The position numbers and the translations under genes were made by a program. Below the pieces are notes generated by a model. That model ran no database searches. It saw nothing but the letters and a program-made list of their open reading frames with translations, and was not told where the DNA came from. A stretch of 44,570 nucleotides of DNA, the filler included, from Jimgerdemannia flammicorona (lineage: Eukaryota), in assembly GCA_003990765.1 (NCBI GenBank). It is 2 parts of 2 records of this genome, joined end to end, with 100 filler letters (N's around TTAATTAATTAA, not from the genome) between each part and the next. Parts side by side here need not be neighbours in the genome. Positions count along the whole stretch, not along the records: positions 22,339 to 44,570 come from RBNJ01001315.1; 1 more part is not named here. The stretch is one strand, 5' to 3'. Below, in pieces: positions 35,468 through 44,570 of the stretch (its first letter is position 1; the number at the start of each line of letters is the position of its first letter).

Positions 35468-36987
35468 TTAAAGGCGATCTTTTATCCGATACTTGGTTTG
35501 AACACCCAAAGTCACGGCAGGGTATACTGTCTCTGGAAGGTCGGTCCACGCAATCCCGTGGTAAACCCCATTGATGGAAAGGCCGCAAGTATGTGTGACG
35601 TTATCTAGATGCAAAGTTACTACATCTCCTTTTCGAAGAAGCTCGCCATATTCGCGGGTTTCTCTCGGCCCGGTTATTACCTTCCAATTATCTTTCTTCC
35701 AAGACTGGAATACCCATGCCGATCCGGAACCCTCCATGTGGGAATCAAAGTCAGTAAACCCCTCCCCTACCAACCCGACATCGCTGAAGGGCATAGGATT
35801 GTTAAAAAATCTAGACCTTTTATACAATCCAACAGACTCGACAACAATATCCCATTCGCACAGTCGCGCCTGAGTCATCGTGCCGGGGCAGGAAATCCTC
35901 GCCGTCTGCCTCACGGTGTTCACCGTACCGATAGAAAGCTCGACGACCTTGCCGTCGTCTGAGACGACAACGCGCGAACCGATCTTCGATCGATCCCACT
36001 GGAGATTTTGACTATTGCGATACCCGGATGGGTGTCCCGTTGGACACACGGTGTTCTTGCATGTATTGTGAAAAAAGCTCATATAGTGCGGAGACGTCTC
36101 CACAAACCCATCGACCGCCTCCATAAGAATCTTCAAGCGATGCCGACATACAAGGGTGAGATCCACGTGCCTCATCATATTTACAAGCAACGAGTTATCT
36201 CCCAGCTTAATTTTACCGTCGCATCCCGGAACCATACTGGTGACATCACGCAAGACATCAACGCGCTCCGTAACGTCGGGTATTGGTTCTTCGGAATGCG
36301 CCCAAAGCCAGTCGACGATGCCCAGCAGCAGGTCATATTCGGAAGTGACGATGGTAGTCGCGGCGGGTGCAGTGAAGAGCAGCTCGATAGCATCTTGAGA
36401 AAGGTCTCTCAAGTCTCCGAGAGCGAGGTTGCGAGCATAGAATGGCTTGAGGAGAATGTCGTAGAGGTCCTTGCTGGTCTCACTCCATGGAACGGAGGCA
36501 GCGGCTGCATCGAGGAGAGACGACAAAACGCCAAGGTCGGAAACGTTTTGGGTGCCATCCAGTACCATTGTCATGAGCTTTGGCAGGAGAAGAAAGTTTG
36601 CAGCACGGTAAACTTCCAACGCGATGGCGATGGTGAAGTCGATCGATTCGGTGTAGATGAAGCCGAGGACAACAGTAAGCACAGCAGAGTTGATGTCGTG
36701 GAGGACGACTCGCTGAGAGATACTTTCTTGCATGTTTCCGTAGAGCATTGCTTTGAAAACGGGACACCTTGGGACCGTATGAAATCGATTAATATGATAT
36801 ATGCAACTACAATAACCACAACCACAAAACAACACAATAAAATGTACCTTGCAGCCAGCACAGCACGGCAAGCGCCAAGCTCAACGCCATCGGCGCAGAC
36901 GATGGTTACGTCATGGTAAGTTGTGTCTGTCCATATGGAGGCGATGTCGTCCTTGAGGCTAAAGCCACTGTTGAATTGCCCGGCCAT
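35468..36987 (-). CDS. BTB/POZ (BACK-like)-SPRY/B30.2 protein, 479 aa, probable Cullin-3 substrate adaptor
   Basis: Exon 1 36987-36848, 80-nt GT-AG intron, exon 2 36767-35468. BTB motifs DVTIVC, RAVLAARCPVFKAMLYG, VLGFIYT; BACK-like SEYDLLLGIVDW; SPRY motifs WDIVVE, VGLVG, GDVVTLHLD, YPAVTL. Confidence 0.93.
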
Positions 36988-37725
36988 GTTTGATGTTTGA
37001 GTACACCTTTGTTTGGATTGTTGATTCAAGGTATGTTGCAGGAGATGATCGGTGGTTGATGTATGAGTACTTGTTGATTCCCCGTGACGTGTCCCCCAAA
37101 ATTGGAATATTTCAGAGACAAAAAATCTTTCTTCTTCTTTCGCTTCCCTTTCCACATAATAATCAGCCATAGGATGTGGATAGAGCCTCATGAATAGTTG
37201 CCAAGAATTCTCTCGCACAAGTTGCAACTGAATTGCTGCTCTGGCCATGGAGATTGGTATTTGTTCGGTTTTTTACGTGGCCGATCGACTAATTTTGGTA
37301 TGTCGTCACCAACGGTCACTAAGGCACAACCCACCTACATCTCTACGAATTCCACGGCACACCATCCTACGACCCGCTTAAGAAATTTTTTGCCAAGCTT
37401 ACCAACCGCTCATGAGTGCGATATTAGTCAAGTGCAAGGTTAGGTTGACTCTCTCCATTTTTACATCCCTTGGAAAATAAAATACAGAATTCTGAGCCAC
37501 CATTTGAGTAAGGTAAATAATTTAGGCTTCATTGTATCTACACATATATTGTCAGGTTTTATGGTCATGCGAACTGAAGGAAATTTCCAGCCATCATTTA
37601 AATCAAACTATTGATATGAATATATTTGAAAATTTTATTTATTTATTACAACTGCAAGTAAAATATAATACATAGATGGTTTTGAGATATATGCACAGAA
37701 TGGATAGTGTCACTATGACCTCCTT

Positions 37726-38072
37726 CTAGGAGTTGGGTTTTGGCTCAAATTTTCCGGGTTTATGCTCCTTATCTTTTGGTTCATGAGGCTTTGAATTGTC
37801 CACAATGTCGTCCACAATGGTGTTATTTGTGGCTCCTTCCGGCAGAGGTGACTCAACGTCCACTGAAACAGCAGAGCTTTCGGTGCTTGAGTGCGTCATG
37901 GCTATTCTCCGTTTTCGCTCTATATAGAATAGGAAACCCATGGTTATCGCTATGATAAGCGTGATGCCTCCAATCACGGTAGTCGTGATTGTGAGGGGGT
38001 TCAACATCGGTTCAGGGACAACTGTAGGTGTATCACTGGCATTGCATTGAAATTTCCGATCCTTATTGGTAT
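37726..38072 (-). pseudogene. 3' half of a single-pass membrane protein gene split by the Ngaro element
   Basis: TNKDRKFQCNASDTPT...TM helix VIGGITLIIAITMGFLFYI then ERKRR and a polar tail. Joins in frame to 43279-43304 when 38073-43278 is removed. Confidence 0.75.
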
Positions 38073-41000
38073 CAACTCTCATGCACCTCACAACTATGTT
38101 GTATACATGTTTGAAATGTTTTTTTACATGTTTATTTATTTTGGGGAATATCGCAGCAAGTCGAAATATCGACATTGCATGGCGAATGGTCAGTTCGGCA
38201 TAAGCGAACCCAACAGGTAGAATACAGTAAACAGAGAGGTAGGAGAGTGCAAAAATGAGATGAAGTTACTAATTACAGAATTGCAGTAAAGTGATAGAAG
38301 AGGAGTAATAATATATTTAGCAGATTATATTTAAAGAGGATATAAGGTTACATAGATTTGATCTGTTATATCTATTGTTATTCCTACTTCAACTCTTATG
38401 CACCTCACAACTATATTGTACATATATGTTTGAAATATTTTATTACATATTTGATTTATTTTGGAGAATATTACAGTAAGTCAAAATATTGATATTGTAT
38501 AGCAAATGATCAGTTCAGCATTAATGAATCCAGTCTAAGAAATAAAGTGTAGATAGTAGTAAATACTTACTTTATGGTCAATAGAGGTTCTACACAGATA
38601 GCTATAATCAATGGAATATCCTATATATAGGCTGCTTTACTTGGGGACCTATATAATAGTATAGATAATATTTTATATATTGTGCCATAGTTGAAAATTT
38701 GGTTATAAACTATCTCCTAACTATAGTCTTATAGTTGAGAGAGGTCTATATAAATGGATGATATAATGACCTATATGGTAGGTTCTACTTAAAGCCTTAT
38801 AATTAAGAGAGATTTAGTTTGAATAGCTATAATTATTAGACTAGTTTTATATATATAAGCGGTCTTACTCAGAGATTTATATAGTTAGTTATAATCTATA
38901 ATTGATAGAAATTTATAACTATTTCCTAAATATAAAGGATATAGTAAATAAGATAAGATTGGTATATAGATATAAATTTGATATATATTACTATATTATT
39001 ATCTAAGAATCTGAATTTTATAATCAATAAAACTGATAATAATAGCACTAATAGCTATATCAATTTCAAAAGCTATAATCTGTATAGAGTATCAGATTTA
39101 TGCTAATGGCAATAAAGCAGATATGAAGTCTGATAACCAGCTAGATACAACAAAATACAATACTATCAGAATATATAAAAAGTAGTAAGGTGAGATCTGT
39201 AGAATATTAGAGAAAAAATATCTAAAATAGTAAAATAGCACAGAGTATATCTGAGAGGATACAGGTAATATAGATTATTATTCTCTAATAGAATAAATTT
39301 ATTTTAGATATTAGTAGAATTAGAAAAATATATACTAAATTGTTGAGAGATAGAAAGAAAGAGATAGAAGCCCAAGAGAGATATATGATAAGATCAAATA
39401 AAGACTATATAAATTTCCCAGAATAGAGAAAGCTATAATATATAAGGTAATAATAGTAACAAAGTCAATATCAGCTATAAGATTAAAAAGTAATAATACT
39501 GAACATAGTAATAAAAAGATAAATAGAAGATAGGAATAGACAGCAGAATTACCTAATTAGTATTTTATATTATAAGAGATCTATAATAATATTAATAATC
39601 TAATAAGAGAATCTGGGAGCCTTATATTAATATAAAGGGAGTAGATAGCTAATAGGTATACTTTGATAGTAGAATGCTAAAAATGTTTAAGAGTGAGAGA
39701 AGATACTTATAATATTAAAAATATCTTAGAGACTAGTAAGATATTGCTAAAATATCAGATATTATATAGAATATATATATATATCACATAAAAGCTATCA
39801 AATATACTAAAGAAAGAAGGCTATAATGGGTAGAAGATTAGTATTTATGTTATATTACTAATAGAGATCAGATTCTGGTCAGTATTAGAAATAAGAGAGC
39901 AGAAGTAGAGAAGGTCTAAGTAAGATAAAGAATTAGTAATAGAATTATTCATTGAATGAATATAAATAATATAAAGTTAGAAAGAATATAAAGTAATAAA
40001 GTAGAGAAGATGTTAAAGAAGTTTTAAAAGTTTAGAATTATAAGATATTCTAGAATTAATATAGTATATAATGACTTAATTGTCAATATGAAGACAGATG
40101 TGATAAATTCTCTAGTATTTCTCCATATTGCTACAGCTACTATAATTATATATAACTCCTTGAACTGAATATCTTTACTAATAAGATTGATATAAAGATA
40201 CAGACTAGTAATAGTAAAAATCAGATCAATGAACTGATAGAGAAAGAGTCATCTAGCAGATAAAATCTAATATATAAAAGAGAGTATACTAATTAGAGAG
40301 AGAAGATTTTATTTGATATAAATATACTGAGTATCTTAGTAGCTTAGATCAGCTAAGAGCATATAGAGTTTCTTTACTGATAAGTAGACTTCTATAGTAA
40401 TAGTATTAATAGTAATATCTAAAAATATAATAGATATAAATGGTTTTGCAATTCTTCTCATTCTAGATATAGAAGTTAAGAGAGTAATAGATAGCTAGTA
40501 GAAGATGAAACCAATAGATAGTAATGGAGTCTAGTAGAGATCTAAGAAGAATATCATTAATATACTATATAAGATCAAGTAAGCTATACTGATATAATAG
40601 CTACTGAAGTATTTCAGTAAAGATATTAAATAAAAATAGTGATAAATAAAGCCTAAAAGATAGAAATTGGTTAAAAAAATATTATTATCACTAGTGAAAG
40701 CTGAGTATTTTCCAATCTGTAGAATAAATTAAGATGTGCTAGAATATATCTATAATATAAACTTTGATAAAGAGTATATAGCCCAAATATCAAACAATGT
40801 TCAATATCTAATTAAACTTAGAATATACTATTGTAAAATTCTCTAGAGTAATACTATTATTGACAAAGAGATCCTGGGGTTAGAAAAGATAGTATCTATT
40901 ACTATTTAGAAGAACTCTTTTTTATAATAGAACTGAGAGATGATATTTAAAAATTGATAAACCAGTAACTCATTCTGCAGAAACTTCTGTAGCAATATTC

Positions 41001-43278
41001 AAATCAATTATAAAAGAAAACTCTTGAGCAGATAAAAGATTACAATAAGTTTGAGGATAATAAATACTATAATAGCTAATATAAATATCATGATAGAGGG
41101 TATTAAGGAATATATATAGAAAAGAGTAGTTGAAAAAATTCTAAAAGATTAATTCTTATACTGAAACTTGAAGAGATAGTACCAGAAGGGGAAATTAAAA
41201 AAGGATATGATAAATAAATAAGAAAGAAGCAGTTAGTAGAAATAATAACTAAGTATTAGGAGGGGTCAGTGATAGATAGATAGTTAGTAGGAGAAAAGTT
41301 ATAGGTAGAGAAGAAAAGTCCAATAATGAAAAGAGTAGACTAAGGTATATCTCAGTGGAATCCTAGTTTGTATAAAAGAATGCACTATAGTTAATAGAAT
41401 TATACCATATATATTTGTGGTCAAAGGAGCAGCTTTTCTATAAGCAGTCTCAAGAAGATGAGTCAAGAGTCCCTAACTGAGTAATTTAATTATAAGCTTG
41501 ATATACTTTAGTAAGAGAAGTACTATATAGAGCACTGAATAAACTAGTATAATTTTAAGAAGACTTAGAGATAGAGCTAATGATAGGGCTCAGGAGTCAG
41601 AGGATGAATCAGTAGTATCCTAACAGATACTGTAATATAAGTTTATAATTATATATAGCCTATACAGTATAGCCCTGATAGCTTTATAAAGATATCAGAT
41701 ATTTAATATAGAATTTAATATAATAATTCAAAACTACCTTCTAAAGATTTGAATATCAAATATATAAGATCAATAGTATACTTGAAAAGAATAAAGAAAT
41801 TAGTCATTTTGAAAAAAATATCATATATAATTGCAAAATAGAGAAGAAAAGAATTGAGTAGTATATTTAGACTTTGAAAGTTCTTAGTTATAGTAGAATC
41901 TTGAGACTAATAAATATAAGAACCAGACACTAGATCAACTTTCTTACCAGATAGTTAATGATACTTGATAGTAAGCAAATAATTAGTTTATTAAGATTTC
42001 AAGAGTAAAAGTTCTATAAATAATAGCCAGAATAACTACAGAGTTGATAGAAGAGTATTTCATCAAAAGATTATAAAGACTATCAATAGATAAAGAGAAT
42101 AAAATATTATATCTACCTATGGAAATAATAGTAATAGTAATGAAAAAGCTGATAGAAATAATATAGCTAATAGAGATAAAAGCCAGACCTTAGGACAATA
42201 CTGAAAATCCTAGAGTCAGACTCTTGGAAAAATAGCTATAAGTAAAAAATAGCACTACTGATAGTATAAACAGTAGCAGGGGTATAGATAGATGGAGATT
42301 TAGATTCAGAGCTATAATAGAATAATGTGGCCAGGATAGAAGATGAGTGCCAAAAAAACTGAGAGTAATAAGTACTAATTATATGTAGATAAAACTATAT
42401 CTAAGAGTACTACTGTATAGTGAGATCTAATAATTAGAATAAAGAAATAGTCTTGGAAAACTGAAGATTCTTATAAAATTATAGATATATAGGAAATTGT
42501 CACCTTGAGAATTAGTGATATATTAGAGAGTGATAGTATATAAGAAACTGATATACTAGAAACTAGTATACTGAAAACTGGTATACTGGAAATTAATGTC
42601 TTAGAGATCAGTAGAGGCTAGCAAAGGCTTAAAAGAGTGGACTGAAGTATATATATTGACTTTAGTGTAATATAAGTAGATGAGAGGAGTATCTGAAACT
42701 ACCTAATCAGAAATCTATAAGGATAAGAAGTAACTAGACAGTAGAGAGACTATTATTATAACTAGAGAGGAAGCAGCTGACAGATCTATAGGAGTAAATA
42801 AAGTAATAGCTAGAGAATCTATTATAGTGAGAGAAGATCAGTTGATATAGCAGATAGAATGATAAGATAAACTTGGATTACTGGTAGCATAAAGATAGGC
42901 ATTCTCTAGAATATATAGATCATTGGCTAATATATTAGAGAAAAGAACAGTTATAGTAATACATATAGAGAATAATACTAATATTCTTATAAAATGAATA
43001 TGTGTCTGAACCAGTATGATGTCAGCTGTGGTAAATAGTCTCTTGAAAATAGCAGACCAAACAGATGTTAGCAGAGAGAGCCATGATTGTAAGAAAGAAA
43101 TATAAAATATTAAGTATAATATAAATTGAAATAAAGTTATAATAATGTAAAATATTACTAATTGCAAAATTACAACTAAGTGATAGAAGAGGAGTAATAA
43201 TACATTTGGCAGATTATATTTAAAGAAGATATAAGGTTACATAGATTTGATCTATCATACCTATTGCTATTTCTACTT
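38073..43278 (-). mobile_element. Ngaro-type tyrosine-recombinase (DIRS order) retrotransposon, decayed
   Basis: Split direct repeats in minus-strand order: A1 (~43140-43278) ... B1 (38390-38532), A2 (38213-38389), B2 (38073-38212). Decayed Gag zinc finger C...CSFDHK(C>Y)IW(C>Y)...(H>Y) near 41370-41440. RT YLLDDSF near 40243-40263. No TSD. The recombinase itself is too decayed to read with confidence. Confidence 0.85.
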
Positions 43279-43632
43279 TTGTAGGTTTGAGATATAAAAA
43301 TTGGCTTTATGAGATTTTACAATTACCAAAAGTATAATATACTGAGATATTGCACACAAAATACTTACATGAGATGAAGATTCCATATCCAATTGCTGTT
43401 ATCAAAATTGAGCAAGACTACTATGGGAAGTAGTTATTTTACAATACACAAATTCTTCAATTTAATCTAGTATAATTGCTATGGTGGAAATAAAGTGCCA
43501 AATATACATAAGAGTACTTATAGTCAGTATTGACATCAGTATATACCCCATTAACAGAGCTTTGGATAGCAGTATTATGGGTCTAAATGGTATAGCCATA
43601 GAGTGAACTATTGGTCGAAATGAACTGGCAGT
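43279..43632 (-). pseudogene. 5' exons of the split membrane protein gene
   Basis: Phase-consistent exons 43632-43522, 43420-43369 and 43304-43279: CQFISTNSSLYGYTI*THNTAIQSSVNGVYTDVNTD-L-VLLNFDNSNWIWNLHL-I-QFLYLKPT. One donor reads ATAAGT instead of GTAAGT and there is one internal TAG. First exon not found. Confidence 0.65.
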
Positions 43633-43819
43633 CTGGAAAAAGACAGAGTATAAAAAAATCAGTTTTCTTAGCATTTTAAAAACAAAAGTATTTTATATAT
43701 ATATATCTATAAGTCTCCTTAATACTCACTGACCCAATATAGCCTTCTTGACTCAGAAGTAAAGTTGCAGGCCTAGAGCTAAAGATAGCTATCTATGTTA
43801 ACAATATATGTATCAACAT

Positions 43820-44570
43820 TCTACATAGAGATAGGATCAAGTATTGTTGAGAGGTACTTCTCTTATAGACTTTGATATTGGTGATAGAGTAGAGTACCAG
43901 AGAGAGATAAGACAGAATATATGGTCTAGTGACTGGCAGATGACAGAAATTGGAGAAGAGTGGAACTGAAATGGAGTCTGGGCCTAGAGTACAGTAATAA
44001 GATATTGGTTGCCATCTAAATACTGGGTGGTTTGGTGATACATACTGTAGAGGAATATTATACTCAACTTTTGCTCAGACCACCTTATAGAGAGGAGGGA
44101 CTTTGATTGTAAGGAGTACTATAATGTGAGACAGGAAGAGAGGTTTGTACAGATGCCAGAACATTGGCTGGGAGAGTGCAAGGTACTTGGAGACTTTTGA
44201 TTAGTGGTTGGGAATTGGTTGGGTGTTGTGTACAGGAGATGGTAAGTGGGATTGATGGGACAATCTGAGAGATAGATTGGTGGAGAGGGTGGGGAGGGAG
44301 TGGCTGACTTTGGGTTGGGTATTGGCAGTATGGGTGGGACTAGCAGGTCACTGGTAATTTGTATTTGAGGAGAGAATGCAGTTGAGTTTGGAGAAGAGGT
44401 TGGTGAGGTGGGAAGGGCTAATGGAGGACATTTTAACAGGCTGGTGGCTGGGATGGAGTCTGCAGGGGAGTCAGTAACACTAATTGGTGGAGAAAATCTG
44501 TGGACAGAATGAGAGGAAAGTTGAAGTAGTGGGTGGCAGGGTGGTTTTCAAGTATGAAGGTGTGGGGGGA
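43820..44570 (+). mobile_element. LINE family A fragment (ORF2 3' part), continues past the window end
   Basis: Colinear with ~9500-10230, e.g. cagatgccagaacattggctgggagagtgc (QMPEHWLGEC). Start approximate. Confidence 0.88.

Noticed and set aside
36008..36919. 303-aa plus-strand ORF
   Set aside because: Antisense shadow of the BTB-SPRY gene; likewise the minus-strand ORFs inside 29421-31707.
37726..38175. 149-aa ORF as a complete gene
   Set aside because: Its first ~34 codons come from the Ngaro B2 repeat; only 37726-38072 is host exon.
38213..43278. Ordinary LTR retrotransposon bounded by the A repeats
   Set aside because: No TG...CA ends, PPT or TSD; the extra B repeats give the split-direct-repeat pattern instead.
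43462..43674. 70-aa hydrophobic ORF
   Set aside because: Reads across predicted introns in a different frame from the phase-consistent exon chain.

Overview
Eukaryotic DNA, most likely from an early-diverging fungus (inferred from short GT-AG introns, BTB-SPRY genes and chromoviruses; taxon not provable here). Two heavily C>T/G>A-decayed, CpG-depleted transposon nests (1-26.6 kb and 38.2-44.6 kb) flank a CpG-intact gene island (26.6-38.2 kb). The left nest holds two hAT copies, a solo LTR, a 9-10 bp minisatellite and a full-length 12.3 kb chromodomain Ty3/Gypsy element (5-bp TSD GGTAA). That element has a dUTPase between Gag and protease and 2.06 kb LTRs that each carry a reconstructable 332-365 aa ORF. 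The nest also holds a related partial Gypsy, a further decayed Gypsy, L1-like fragments, two ~1.2 kb poly(A) retroposons with near-identical 5' ends, and a 100-bp artificial gap linker. The island holds an intact 3-exon, 699-aa leaderless protein whose C-terminus has the layout of a gasdermin/MACPF-like beta-pore former, an intact BTB-SPRY gene with an inverted pseudogene paralog, and the 3' half of a membrane-protein gene. A Ngaro-type tyrosine-recombinase retrotransposon (split direct repeats A1...B1-A2-B2) has split that gene. The best candidates for an undescribed system are the LTR-encoded ORF of the dUTPase chromovirus and the putative pore-forming protein next to BTB-SPRY genes. All analyses are by eye; no searches were run.
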